Below, in pieces: positions 12,138 to 25,889 of a DNA stretch of 64,000 nt; positions within the stretch are counted from its first letter, which is position 1, and each line of letters opens with the position of its first letter. The DNA is from Lepidodermella squamata (Eukaryota; Animalia; Gastrotricha). Under the pieces are notes generated by a model. The model was not told where the DNA came from, ran no database searches, and worked only from the letters and a program-made list of their open reading frames with translations. The position numbers and the translations under genes are program-made. The stretch spans positions 124,001 through 188,000 of the forward strand of contig JBLDXI010000060.1 of the NCBI GenBank assembly GCA_047495785.1, read 5' to 3'.

Positions 12138-13475
12138 ATGAATTTCACAGGTGAGATTATCGGGGACGCTTGGATAAAAGTTGACCTTCCCGACCGCGGA
12201 TTCGCCGGCCCGAGGCCGTATTTCGTAGGTCAATTTCACAACTTGAGGTCTAACACGGTGTTGGATCGCCTCAAGTTTGCTGTGCCGTTTTCTGCACTCA
12301 TCCTCATCCTAATAGCGTCGAATGTCGCAAATATCATCATTTATCGAAAACGAGAAGTCAAGCTCGACTTCCGCATCCTTCTCGCCGCGTTAAATGTGGC
12401 CAGCATTGTCTTTGCATCGATTTACCTAATAGGCATCCTCGCAGTTGTGCCAACCGGCTTTTGGGAATTAGGAAATACTTCTTGCGTAGCTCATTTTTGG
12501 CTCCTTTATGGCTTGGGTGGTAACAGTATTTTCATTTTAACGCTGATAAGCTTCGAACGCCGTCATTGCGTTGTTTCGAACAACCTCGACCAGAAGACTA
12601 ACAAAAAGAAGGTACAATTTCTATAAGAAAATATAATCGTATAAGGCTTAAGATTATTTTGATTTTCAGATCATTTTCGTGATAATTTCACTTTATGTGT
12701 CATCCGTGTTTGGATTGGGAATTTTCGGAGTGTATCCATTTGGAACTTTCGGATTGAGAATGATTCTCATTCCCGAACTGAGCAACAATACGGCTTTCCC
12801 GATCTGTTCTGCTTGGGAAAGTCACGTGGTATGGGACCTTGATACCGCCGCGATTTTGTCACTCTCAACCAGTCTAACAATGATTATCTGCTCCCTAGTC
12901 ATGATTTACAATTTTTGGTAGGTACAATCTTCTTATCATTCTGTTTTGGAAAAAAATCGGTTTAGATTAGTATTAAAATATCCCAAACTTTGAGTTTGCG
13001 CCATTTCTCGCTGATGATGTAACGATGAAAACCCTAAATATACTTGCTTAGAACCTTAAAACCGAAGTATATAAACTGTTTCATAACAAAACCCTCTTCT
13101 ATGTTGCTTTGCAGGAAAATCTACAAAAAGATCAGGTCGGTTGGCATCGCTTGGGGTCACAGCGCTACGAATCGGAAGCTTGATTGGAAGAGACGCGAAT
13201 TGTTTTTCGTGAAGCAGTCATTCGCTACCTTTGTTACATTTTTCGTGTGTTTCACACCTATATGGATTCAGTTCATCTTTATGGCACTGTACCGCGAGAT
13301 CGGCCCGCAGTATCTAACGCATTGGGTTAACAAAGTCGTAGTAGTAATCTTCATTTCGCAATTGATGCTTGCTCCTATCGTTCAAATGTTGCGGCCTGGA
13401 TTTACTAAAAAATTCCAGCGTTTGAATCTGCGAAAGCCTGGTGTTGGATGTGTGTCTCCATCTACAACCAATTAG
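12138..13475 (+). CDS. Orphan class A (rhodopsin-like) GPCR (exons 12138-12611, 12670-12917, 13115-13475)
   Basis: Seven TM helices; TM1 ASN, WELGNTSC, ISFERR (DRY position), TM6 FFVCFTP, TM7 LAPIVQ (degenerate NPxxY). Confidence 0.85.
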
Positions 13476-15021
13476 AAACCCTTACTAAATATAATATATG
13501 TGAAGTCGCGGAGCGCCTATTGATTTTTATTAAAAAGGCATACGGTATCTTAATCGACGCAGTACTGAGTCGATAATCAAGCCATGCACTTGGTTAATTA
13601 TCAGTGAAGATTGGGCTACGATAGCAGGATAATGGCGTTGAAAAGTCGCATTGAAAATAAGTAGACAGATTAAGAATGCTGAACATTGGTAAGCAGACTT
13701 GCATGACCAGTGCTTATCAACCTTTTTCCGTAGTGGGCTATTTTCTAACTCATTTTCCATCCCGACTTTTTCGGCCCGGCACTCAACTAGGTAACTCGTA
13801 TTGGTTGCGGCTCGCAAGCCTTGTTATCAATCATTTTTGAATAGCTTTAAGATCTCTCGCGAATTGATTTTTCTAGTTTTTAGCCAAACAAAAATCCTGG
13901 CTAACGCAGTTTATACCATTGCTAAATACCTTGAAAAATTATTGAAAAGACACCAAAATTGTCATCTCGACAATTTCCTAGCGCGGAGAAGCCGTGAGTT
14001 CAAGGTGATAAAGCAAGGACGTTAGGTCTCACAATTTACAAAAACGCTTCGCAGAATTTTCAACATAATTTGTTCAATGGCGATTAAATTCGGCAAGGCA
14101 CTGAATAAAGCCCAGGCAACTTTGGTTTGGCGGAAAATTGATCGGGTTGTAAATCCGTTTGGAAAATATGAAAATAAGCAAAAACAAGCTAATCGCACTG
14201 TTATCTAAAAATGTACCTAATTACCATCATTTACCATTCGAATGATGTAGTGTAAAAGCGGCTAATATTAATTCAGGCACGCGATGACGTGAGTAGAAAA
14301 GAGGGCTAATAAATTTCCGGAATGTCCACTTCAATTATCCGATCGGTTAATTGCGGCTGCGAAATGTTGGCTACAACTCGGTAAGTTCACCTTGGTAATA
14401 AGGTAATAACAGTTACAAATTAAAGGAGAAATCATCAACAAAGATCTGTTAGATGTTAGACATAAATAAGAATTAAGATGTAGGTAGATGTAGGTCAAAT
14501 GTCTTCAACAGAAGAAGCAGAATGAGATGAATGCTGAACATTAGTCAGCAGACTTGCATGACTGACAGCGTGATACAATTTCCTCAGCAACACGAGCCGT
14601 TGCAGGGCCATATTGAACGTAGTAAACCTGTTGTAGTTTACGAAAATTGTAGAAGTCAGCCATTTTGCATGAGACGTAGCTAGGACGCCGCAGCTGGGCT
14701 TTTTACGAGAAAAAAGTGAAATGAGAGATAATGAGGTCGAAGGTCGCGTTTTGAAAATAATGAGATGAATCATCTCATTATCTTTTGGCGCCAGATGTTG
14801 TGATGAAACTGCTGATTTCGAGAAAAAAGAGAGTCTTTCATACGCCGTAAGTGCTACTTTGCAAGTGAAAAGATGAAAAAAAATGCCACGATTGAAAAGA
14901 TGAAACCATAGATCAATTTTAGAAAATCATGATTTTTATTGCTTCGGTAAATATTTTCACTATCACAAGGGTAAAGCTGAGCAAATCGGACGAAAATCGT
15001 CAAAAATAAAACGGAAAATAA

Positions 15022-16713
15022 TTAGTCTTTTTTGAATTGCTTTAGACTTGAACGCAGTGATAAGGAGGATGCTCCAGATTTTTCGCGATAAAATCTCACG
15101 GTTCTTCGTGCCAAGATGTATTTGAGGCGGCACAAAGTCGGGAGAATGATCGATTTTTCTTTGATTTTGTTCAACTCGCCACCCATACGATTTGCCACAT
15201 CATCCAGCTTTTTGAAAGTAGTCACCGACCGATTTACCAGAGGCTAGTGATGTAAACCTGACTGGACCTGGCCCAGGATTTAATTGGATCTTTATTGAAA
15301 TAAAAGTATATAAACCCTATACATGGAATTCAGTAGTCATAAATCAGACTTACATCGCCACATTGCAAAAGCAACAACCTGATATGGTTGAATCGGAATG
15401 ATAAACACGGGATCAAGCTTCCATTTTCCAAATTGTTTCTGTTTTAAAGATAATCGATTCACCCGGCCGATAAAATTCAATGAAATTTACCGGAAATTCG
15501 TAAATTGATCGAAGTGAATATCGTTGAAGCCATTTTCATTCAATTCGGTTGTAACAAAGCGTTGCTGAGAAACATTATCGTATTTGAGATTCGATATCAT
15601 GAGCAGATGAAACAACAGGGCATTTCTTTTACAATTCGATCGATTAAACAGAAGATAGCACATTTTCAGACGAATAAGAAGCGATAGTTAGGGAAACAGA
15701 GCCATTAATAGCCATCCGCTTGGTGCCGCGAAACATTCTATCACTGCTTGGTAAAACACAAGCGAGTCGCTCAGGACCCATGATGCCAATTTTCCCAGGC
15801 AAAAGACTGGTAGTTTAGCAAAGTAAATTGACCAGTCGAAGGTTGACGATAGTAAATTCAATAGCAGGCTGTCATCCAATAACTCCAGACGACAGTTTGC
15901 AAGGACAATTGCCGCGACAATAACTGAGAGGAACCCTCTCATTCTTGAATCTTCTTCAGTTCTAACTTCAATAATTTTTCTCTAAATTGAAAATAGGACC
16001 AGGTAAAATTGAAAAATCCGGCAGAAGCTCCCGCCTACAGAACATTTTCCATCAAAAAATGTCAAGTAAATAAATTGAAAAAAAATCGAAATAAATCGAA
16101 CTTTAAGGTGACCAGGGCCAAGTTCCATGAGACGTAGTTACATGCCAAGTTCAGGTCCATTCCAGCTCGCTCCATCAATTTAGATGGTGAAAAATGAAGC
16201 CCAGCAGAGGAACAAAGTGAACTGGAACTTGTCAAGTAGGCCAACTTCGGTTCAAGAATGATTACCAGAATCCATCGATAAATCACTAGATTCTTTCCAG
16301 AAAGTCGTCGGTAAAAGTGCCAGTAACACCAGCTACGGTAAGAATGGCAAAGGCCGGTGATTTTTACCAAAACTTGTAAAAGAACCAGCCATGTAACACC
16401 CGGGTCGAAATTTACACCAGTCAGCCTTAAAAGAGGTTTTATTACGCTCGGATTTCGAGTAGAAAAAGACGAAAATTATTGTACTAAAATGAGAACTAAC
16501 ACTTTTACTCAAGCTGTGTTCTCCCTTCAAGTTGCGCAACATACATGAAATTTTCGCATTTTAATGAAAATTGAATCGTTTCCTGGATTTTAATAAGGAA
16601 ATCCTGAAAAACTGTATCCAGCCTAGACCTTTCCGTGGCTTATTCAGAAACTTCGAAATCTTCTCCGAGGCTGGAACCCTGGATCCAGCTTGGTAACTAT
16701 GGCACCGGAACAT
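15022..16713 (-). pseudogene. Probable decayed multi-exon membrane-protein gene, family not recognised
   Basis: Hydrophobic ORF pieces (15942-15688, reading on past a TAA) and GT-AG-bounded exon-like segments, with stops and frameshifts. Confidence 0.3.
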
Positions 16714-17205
16714 TTCTTCTCCTTTTTGAAATTGACCCCGCTTTAATTTATAAAAATTTCAGGGATTATTCAATTTTCTTTTCTTTTTAAACCCTGAAAT
16801 TTTAATTTTTACAGTATAAGAATATTCTTGAATATTCATGCATGAGACCAGCATGACACCCCCGTTTGCATGGCGGGGTTCAAGCTGCGGCGTCCTACCT
16901 ACGTCTCATGCCATTTTGAGCCATCGATTGGATTGTCCAGGCCTAGGTGTTATACACACCGAATAGGTACTCACTCCCAAGGAGTACTTATACCCTATAC
17001 CCTACATCAAATACTTTTGATTCATCTGTTTCTGCATTTAGTTTATTTCGCGATTAATACACAGCACGCTTCATCTCACCAGACACTTGCAGTCATAACT
17101 GCATAACAGTGGATCATCTTATCTCATATCTCATATCCCATATCCTATCATTCAAATCGTATCATATCCTTTCACCACGCTTGCCTCCCATGTTCAGATG
17201 GCTTC

Positions 17206-17565
17206 CTAGCGCTCACCAAATACCGTACTCTTGCAGACGACTTGGCCGTTGACGCGGGCCCAGACGTAGACTCGTCCTAGTTTGGGGCCGTTGCATTTAT
17301 GGCCGATTTTAGGCGCAGCACGGGCTTCTTCCTCGAAGACAGTTTCCTCGCGGCCCGGTGGAGGGACGTGGCGTCTGCAAGCATTGTACTTTCTACTATA
17401 GCTGCCGCCAGTATTGCTCATGCAGCTATAATACGTCGCCCAATCTGACAAAGCAATAGCAGCAGTGGCGGCCTGCGAAACAAAATGTACTTATCAACAA
17501 TTAACTTTGATGGTTTCATGTTGAAATCTTACCAAAACAGCAAAAACAAGAGCTAGCTTAGTCAT
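17206..17565 (-). CDS. Secreted peptide precursor with two single-disulfide modules (exons 17565-17533, 17472-17206)
   Basis: MTKLALVFAVL|AATAAIA signal peptide, phase-0 intron in frame, 4 Cys, acidic EETVFEEEAR spacer. Confidence 0.75.
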
Positions 17566-18498
17566 TTGAAGATGTTGAAAAGTCGAAAAGAAATTATCAC
17601 TTGTTATCGAGAGTTGAAGTTGAATGAATGAATTGAGCTGGCATCAGGCATCTCGAAATGCCATTTTGCTGTCATCAGCCTGCTGTGCATACACCCGAAT
17701 CACGCATTTAGGTGTTCACGCACTTGGCCGAAATGAGTGATATGACTCACTACCCGGTACTAGAACTTTATCGCACGGACTAGAAAAATCGGTAAAGCAA
17801 AATGCATATATTTTATATAACGCCAAGAAAATTTCTCAGTAGAAGTCGGTGCTAGAACTCTATTGCACGGACTAGGCAATTTCTTTATTGGATAACTATT
17901 TGGTCAAACAAACACCATCTACAATATGCCATTAAATACCTCTTATTACATTTATCAACTATAGGCTGATGCATTAACTGCAAACAATGCATTGCTTGTT
18001 TTATTACATTTATGAAGATCCAGGCGTCCGATCATCACGTATTCATGCGTGATTCGCCCACTTCGAGAAGATAAAATGAGATAACGGGGATTATGAGATT
18101 GGGTGATGTCACCTGATGTCACAGATGCGACGGCCTGTTGCCGACTTTAATGACGCAGGCTGAGTTCGACGAAATGCAGGCCGGAAGAGCCGCGAAAGGC
18201 CGGGACAGTAGGCTGAGGGACTCAATATCCTCTAAGCAGCATCTTAGAAAGCAAAGAAAACCTACTGTCGAATGCGCGTATCCATCAAGAGCTGATCAGA
18301 TTTCCCCGAAACGTTGAAAAAGGCACTAAGTAATGACAACAAATCTTTGATCAAACAGATCCCTTGAATAATAAAAAGCAAAGTTATTCGCATGTTTATG
18401 TTTTACTGCCAGCCGCAGCAAATTTAACAAGGCGGATGTAAGTAAACAATGCGGAAGAAACGAATCAATGACGTGGTGCTTTATTTCTTTAAAACTTG

Positions 18499-19722
18499 AT
18501 GAAAATGTTCGAAGCGGTTTTCCTACTTCTCAGTGTAATATCAGTTCTTAACTACGCTCAAAATTTTCCGGAAAATGACCACGCAGTTTTTGTACCATCC
18601 GAAGAGCTGGTATACCAGTACTTCGTGAAAAAGTGCTCACTTCACTCCCGAATGCGCCCTGTTGCTAATTCAACAGCAATAGGCATCGTAATTCAGTTCC
18701 ACCCGATTCGATTCATCGACATCGAAGACACGCAGCAGACCTTTTCGTTAATGGCTAATTTAGGGCTGAAATGGGAGCATCCCTGCGTTAAATGGGACCC
18801 AGCAGACTGGGGCTACGTGAATTCGTTCAACGTCCCCGTTACAGAAACGTGGTACCCCGAACTCACCTTCATTAATGGAGCGAATGACCTATCACTCGAA
18901 GCGGCAGTTGGGGAGAAGAGATTTGTCAAATTTAGAAATGTTGGAAACACAAGATTGGACATCAATAGCGCTTTTCATGCATATTGCCCTATGAAGTAGG
19001 TTACATTGAAAAATTGCGCATGTAATCAAGTGCATTCTATCATTAGCCTGGAAAAATTTCCTTTCGACACCCAAACTTGTACCGTTCAATTTGAGGCGAG
19101 CGAGCAAGTCGCGAAACATCGATTGCTACTTGAAGGCGATGAATTGAGCTCATACGGCTTATGGGCCGATGAAAGAAGTGCTCCTTTCATCACAGAAGCA
19201 GATGTTTGGACCTTGGAAAAGCTGTACGCTGAAAATGTAACGTTGACCTATCCTGTTCTCCCGCAGATCGGCTATGATCGAGTTATTTTCACTTTTGTCC
19301 TGAAACGGAGGCCGACCCTTTATGTGATTAATATATTTCTCCCAACCTACTGTCTAACTTTGCTTATGCTTGTCGGAGGCTTTCTAGATCCTAAATCGCC
19401 TGATCGACCCGTTTTTCTAGTCACCGTTGTCTTGGCGTTTTCCGTATCGCTCTCTGGGATCAGCGAATCGATTCCTAGCACAAACCACATTCCTTACGCT
19501 TTGATTTATCTTTCCCTTCAACTTTGCATATCTGTTCTGATTACAGTTTACAGCCTTGTCGCTTGTGGAATCGCGAAAAGGAAAGCCATGCGAAGGAAAA
19601 TACGAATAATGAAGGGATGGTCGTTTAGAGCTGTTAGATTGGTCGACTGCATTATATTCGGAATTCTCTTTGTTTTACTTACAATATTTAGCCTTAAAAT
19701 TATATTCCAGATGCTGGGATGA
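18499..19722 (+). CDS. Cys-loop channel subunit; copy 4 (exons 18499-18995, 19047-19722)
   Basis: C-PMNLEKFPFDTQT-C, WEHPC, TWYP, four TM helices. Confidence 0.92.
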
Positions 19723-20087
19723 TATGTTTGCATTAATGAACTCATTTTCAATAAAAATGACGCCTCGCCGATCAGGAAAAACCTTAAAATCACAGTTTTT
19801 TCAAACACATCCTAGATACTCCATTACCTCTAGTTTAATAGGACTCGACTAGGTCGAAAATTGAAACCAACCAGACTGAATGTAATCATTGGCTAGCATC
19901 TTCAATCGATGAATTAAACAACAGATGTGTATATGTTGATTTTTTCTTGGGTGCTACTTAGATTTACTTTGTTTGAGCAAATAAACTCGAAAAAGTGGAC
20001 GAATCCCATGGATTATCGATTCATCAAACAAACTTTAAAAATTTATCCACCCGATTCCACACCGGAACCGGAGCAGTCGATAAGACA

Positions 20088-21304
20088 ATGTTTCTTTTTA
20101 TATTCCTTCTACAAAGTTGCTCAGCGCAGAATTCATCTTCGAATATCACAGAAAATAATTTCACGCCAACTGAAGAATTGGTATTTCAGCATTTCGCTCG
20201 GAAATGCAGCTTGCATTCAAGAATGCGGCCTGTTGGCAATGCATCCTCGATCGAAATCATTATCCAGTTTCACCCGGTCCGCTTCATCGAAATTCAAGAT
20301 ACTACACAGACCTTCTCGCTAATGTCCAACATGGGGCTGAAATGGTCGCATCCATGCTTGAAATGGGACCCGGCAGACTGGAACGGAGCGAGAGGCTTTT
20401 CGATTCCAGTGTTAGAAACATGGTTCCCAGAGTTGAATTTCATTAATGGCGCTCATGATATATCACTCGAGAGCGTGATTGGTGAACGGCGGCTCATCAA
20501 ATTCAAAAGCGAAGGAACGGCGCGATTGGATGTTAACAGCGCTTTTCATGCTTATTGTCCTATGAAGTAAGTGTTAATGTGTAGCCAATGCTAACACTAA
20601 CCCCAATTCAATTTTTTAATGAAAACAGCTTGGAGAAATTTCCGTTCGATACGCAAATCTGCAGCGTTCAATTCGAAGCGAGTGAACCAACGTCCAAAAT
20701 GAGGATAAAATTGGAACAAGACGCTGAAAGCTCGTTTGGCTTATGGGCCGACTCCAGAAGCGCCCCTTTCGTCACAGACTCGTCAGTTTGGATATTAACG
20801 AAATTGTACGCTGAAAACGTTACTTTAACGTATCCTGTTCTACCGGGGATCGGTTATGATCGCGTAATATTTTCCTTCATTCTGAAACGCCGGCCTAATC
20901 TGTACTTGATCAACATATTCTTCCCGACAATGTGCCTAACAATTCTACTGATAGTTGGAGCTTTTCTTGAACCAAAATCTACAGATAGACCGGTCTTTCT
21001 AGTCACTGTCGTCCTTGCGTTTTCTGTATCACTCGCTGCTATAAGTGAATCTGTCCCTAGGACTAACCATATTCCTTATGCTCTGATCTATCTGTCGGTA
21101 CATTTAGGTGCCTCTGTTCTCTGTACCATGTATAGCTTGGTTGCCTGTGAATTGGCTAGTAGAAAGTTCTTCCGTAAAAAGTTTCGATTCGGCAAATGTT
21201 GCGCATTCAAATTAGTTCGCTTGATCGATGTTGTGACATTTGGAGCTCTAGCAATACTTTTGTGGTTGTTCGATATTTTCTTCATCATAGAAATGAAGCA
21301 GTAA
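20088..21304 (+). CDS. Cys-loop channel subunit; copy 5 (exons 20088-20566, 20629-21304)
   Basis: C-PMNLEKFPFDTQI-C, four TM helices; close paralog of copy 4. Confidence 0.92.
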
Positions 21305-21825
21305 GCAAATATTTTATGTCAACATGCTATGTTAGACGCGTTTATATTTGATTTTTCGTGTTGTTTGCTAGGGTAAGGGAAGAGTAAAAGAGCTATTTCA
21401 TCTATATCTCTTGAGTTCAGGAAACTGACATTCTTTCTAGTTTGATGAATCATGATATTGAAATAAGGATTTTTTTATTGTTTTGATTTATAAGGAATAT
21501 AGTATACATATTCTGAAAAATAGGACGAAGAATGATTGTTTACTTTTGATTTTAAAAAGATTCCGGTCAATAATCCGCAGCAGAAATCTAAAAAGGAAAG
21601 CCTCATTTATATTTAAAACCACAGGCTCACCATTAGCGTAGTGATTCAATGCGAAAATAATCGATGCACGATGAACATTTTAAAATTACTTAACGATCAG
21701 GCATGCTCCAGACTAGTGCAAACATAAAAGCAAGGAAATTGGAATGAGAGCTTACCTTGTTTGTTCGATTTTTCGTCATTCACCTCCACATAATGCCTAT
21801 GCAACTACGGCTATAGCCAAAAAGC

Positions 21826-23050
21826 ATGATCAATCCCTTCATGCTTCCAACAATTCTCCTAATTTTTTCATTCGTTGGTAGTTTTGCTCAAGAAACCTCA
21901 GAAGATGTTGCAGCAACTTTCATGCCGGCTGAAGAGGCAATTTACCAACATTTTTCCAAGCTTTGTAACCTGCAGTCGAAAATGAAACCAGTCGCTAATT
22001 CTTCGGCTATAGAAATCACAATTCAGTTCAACCCAATGCGATTTATCGAAATTGTTGAGCCGGATCAGAGGTTTTCGCTTATGGCCAATTTAGGCCTGAA
22101 ATGGACCCATCCATGCGTACATTGGAATCCAGACGACTGGGCACAGGTTAAGGTTTTTAATGTTCAAGTCACGGATACTTGGTATCCAGCGATAACTTTC
22201 CTTAATGGCGCTGAAGATCTTTCAGTGGATGCGTTAATTGGGGATAGAAGGTTGTCTAAATTCCGTTACGAAGGCTTCACCCGCCTGAACATCAACGCTC
22301 CTTTCCACGCTTATTGCCCACTCAAGTAAGATTATTATCCATTATAGATTTTTCTTCACGCTTTTGTACTACAGCCTCGAAAAGTTTCCTTTCGACACTC
22401 AAATTTGCAATGTGCAATTTGAAGCCAACGATCAAACAGCCAACTACCGTCTCAAATTGGAAAAAGATCCGAAAGTGGCGTACGGCCTGTCGGCAGACGC
22501 GAAAAGCGCACCCTTCCTCACTGATTCCGCAGTATGGAACTTGGAAAGCATGACAGGAGAAAATATTACCATCTACTACCCGGTTGCTCCTCATATCGGG
22601 TACGACCGAGTGATATTCACCTACGTCTTCAAACGCCGGCCTCATCTGTTCCTGGTCAACGTGTTTTACCCAACGATATGCCTTACAATCTTACTTCTAG
22701 TGGGAGCATTCCTAGACCCGGAATCTGCGGATAGACCTGTTTTTCTTGTAACTGTCGTACTTGCCTTTTCAGTGTCTCAAGCTGCTATCAATGAATCCGT
22801 GCCTAAAACTAACAACATTCCTTACGCCATTATTTTTCTGTCTATTCAACTCGGAGCCGCTGTTCTTATCACAATCTATACTTTGTTAGCTTGCGAACTC
22901 GCTAAGCGACCGTTTTTCAGAGAGCCTGCTTTTCCTGGTAAACTTTTCTCGATTTCCCGCGTGAGACTTGTTGATTTTGTTACGTTTACCGTTCTTTCTG
23001 TGATTTTGTGCGTCGCTGACTTGTATCTATTCATGCTTATGAAAAATTAG
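21826..23050 (+). CDS. Cys-loop channel subunit; copy 6 (exons 21826-22325, 22375-23050)
   Basis: C-PLNLEKFPFDTQI-C, four TM helices. Confidence 0.92.
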
Positions 23051-23379
23051 GAAAATAAACTTAGCATGAATAAGGAGGGTTTACCAACACGAGACCTATA
23101 TCGATTGTTGAAAACCGCAACAACAAATTCCCGATATAGCTGTGGAATAATTAAAAATTAAAGGAAAATAATTATTGCGCGTACACTGCGATTTTGTTTA
23201 GGCTTTTCGAGAAAGTGCATCGTCGCCTTATTAAATTTGCTGAGCCGCCTTCCGGCGAATTGTTAGCTGCAGATAATCCTCCAGGTTCCGGCAGTCCACG
23301 CACGACTACCGGCGTTTTTGCTATTCTCGAGCTTACCTTATGTCCTAACTACGTAGTTTTTATTCATAAGTAACAAATC

Positions 23380-23655
23380 ATGAAGTTTAAGGCGGACTTT
23401 TTAATGTTGATAACGCTGCTTCTCATGCAACTCCTGCCATCGCACAGTTGGATAACAATCAAGGCGAAAAAGTGCTCGTGCAAGGACATTCGATTTATGC
23501 AAATTATGTGCCATCAGGGTTCATCGTTCGACGCGTACCCATGCTCGCAAGGCTTCTGCCCGTGTCAACTCAGCAAAAGCCATTCAGCGATATCGCAGTG
23601 GATTGCGGAATGCCATAGCAAGCGGAAATCTAGATTCAAGTGCAAGGAGAGCTGA
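23380..23655 (+). CDS. Secreted 8-Cys peptide, unknown family; copy 1
   Basis: Signal peptide + CxC-x9-C-x10-C-x4-CxC-x15-C-x9-C, intronless. Confidence 0.85.
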   Translation: MKFKADFLMLITLLLMQLLPSHSWITIKAKKCSCKDIRFMQIMCHQGSSFDAYPCSQGFCPCQLSKSHSAISQWIAECHSKRKSRFKCKES

Positions 23656-24101
23656 AACTGTTTCGAATTGCTTATTTTCATAATAAATAACACTGATATT
23701 GTAATCGCATTGTTATATTGTACTGAATATTAGGAGAAACGAGTCGTACTCTTGAAAACAAGTGGCCTCATCGGATCACTCAATTCGCACTTGATAAACA
23801 GGCACTGGGCAACAATTGCGTGATCGATCGCTGTTTTCGGACATGCGAAATTCACACGCATGAAGAGGGCGTCAAAGTGCGCGGCTAATCCTACGTGCCC
23901 CGTGAGACGACATTACTATACTACAACCAACAAAAATAAATTCATTGTAGCATACACGCATGACCAAATTCCGGTCTAGCACTATTGCCAACGCTACGTC
24001 GGGGCCAATTACCTACTCTACGTCATAATTACCAGATCTGATTTCGTCCTAGCGTATTTTCATATTTCAAAATCATTCATTAAAAAGCATCAACATTACG
24101 A

Positions 24102-24377
24102 ATGGCTAAAACGAGTTTGTTCGTTCTGATATTTTTAACTTCTATGCTTGCTGTGCAAACCGCGGCTGCGTTTTGGCACAAGTTTTGCAACTGCCGAGAC
24201 GGGCTGAACATCGAGGCTCAGTGCCGCAATTCGGCGTTCGACTACTACGAATGCGGGCACGGGCGATGTGCGTGTCGGGTCGGCCACAAAACGGCGCGAA
24301 GTCTATGGATGAACGACTGCTTCGCCGAGTACCACTTCTACTCGAGCAACTCGCGCTATCAATGCAACATATTTTGA
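24102..24377 (+). CDS. Secreted 8-Cys peptide, unknown family; copy 2
   Basis: Signal peptide + CNCRDGLNIEAQC...CGHGRCAC...WMNDC...RYQC. Confidence 0.88.
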   Translation: MAKTSLFVLIFLTSMLAVQTAAAFWHKFCNCRDGLNIEAQCRNSAFDYYECGHGRCACRVGHKTARSLWMNDCFAEYHFYSSNSRYQCNIF

Positions 24378-24590
24378 TTTAATATTGATTTGCCACTCAG
24401 TCACTCACTTGTCGACACAAGAATAAAAAAGTCACAATTATTTCTTTATTCGTCTGTGATTTTTATTGATTGCGGAGGCTTGAGCATTTCCGCCTCTGGG
24501 AATTCAAGAGTCTGTACAAATTTGCCCCTTGGTAAAATGTGTTGAAAAAGTTGCAAACAACATTTGACCTCCTCATTCGACTTGAAAATT

Positions 24591-24872
24591 ATGCAGAAAT
24601 CAGTATCAATTTGTATCCTGTTACTCGGCCTTGTCGCCTGTATCTCGGCGATGAACGGCGATGATATGCACGGTTTTTCGCACAAATTCTGCCGCTGCAA
24701 GGACGGCTACAACATAGAGCGGCAGTGTACGGACGAACAGTCTAGGTATTTGTGCACTTACGGCCAGTGCCCGTGCCTGCTGGGCGGGCAGGACATCAAG
24801 TTTCTGTGGATGACCACGTGCCAGAACGACGAATGGATGGGCCCGCCTCGCTACCCGTGCCTCATTGTCTGA
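24591..24872 (+). CDS. Secreted 8-Cys peptide, unknown family; copy 3
   Basis: Signal peptide + CRCKDGYNIERQC...CTYGQCPC...WMTTC...RYPC. Confidence 0.88.
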   Translation: MQKSVSICILLLGLVACISAMNGDDMHGFSHKFCRCKDGYNIERQCTDEQSRYLCTYGQCPCLLGGQDIKFLWMTTCQNDEWMGPPRYPCLIV

Positions 24873-25889
24873 GTTAGATCAGCGACAACTACTATGTCTG
24901 AAACAATTTCTCTTTCGTGTAAATATATTGTTTTATCAGACTGATTAAAATGTAGACCAGTGGCTAGATTCCAATAAAAAGCACAATTTCACAATTGCTG
25001 AACATCTTATTTTATCGATAAAGAGAGGAAAGTGATGATGGGCTGTTGATTAGGGCGCTCGGTTTAATTAGGCCTGAAATATCCACAGAAAATGTCCCTT
25101 TGTTCCGAAGTCGCAAAACCAGTATGAGTCAACACATGCATGTGACCAATCAAATACGAATCCATGTCTGGTATTTTTCAAGGGCCCAGACATTTATCGG
25201 AGGCTCGTCTTCTATTTACCTAATTGATGTCTGAAAACTACGCGTTAATTTCATTTTAGAGTGATAATTTTCAGGCCTATTTGCCAGCCTGCACTCGCAT
25301 TTACTTGAGGCCTGTCATTTGCTTTATCGATCGGTTTTGAACCGCCCGGGACATTTAATTGAGGCTGAAATTGTTGGGGCGACTCCATTTCGGACGGTAT
25401 TTGGTAGACCATTTTGATACAAGCATAGTGATCGGCTATTTCCAAAAATGGCCAATTTGGAAAATTGTTCTTTTTCATTGTTCTTACTCTGAAACCCTCT
25501 CTGGAACCACTCTATTTGTTTGGCCGCGCCAAAACGAGCTCAGGGTTCCAAATCGGGGGGAAATTATACTTCTCCATAGCTAGCCATAGAGTATTCCCTT
25601 GATCTCATAGCTATTGAATGCCTGAAATTCCAGGGGAAAACACTTTAAAAAATGCATTTAATACGTTACGAATTTTCGATAGTCTACTTCTACGCTTATA
25701 GTCGTCTGCGCTCATTGACGACTTTGTGTTTACTGGTCACGCGGGACTTGATTAGTAGACAGTGGCCTATTCAAGTCACGGAATCTTGATTTAATTCTTC
25801 TTAACGAGTCTGGCCAATAACGCGATTTATCCTGACTTCTTCGCTTTTCATTTCTCTGTATTTTTACCTCGATTAGTTGTTGTTGAGCC

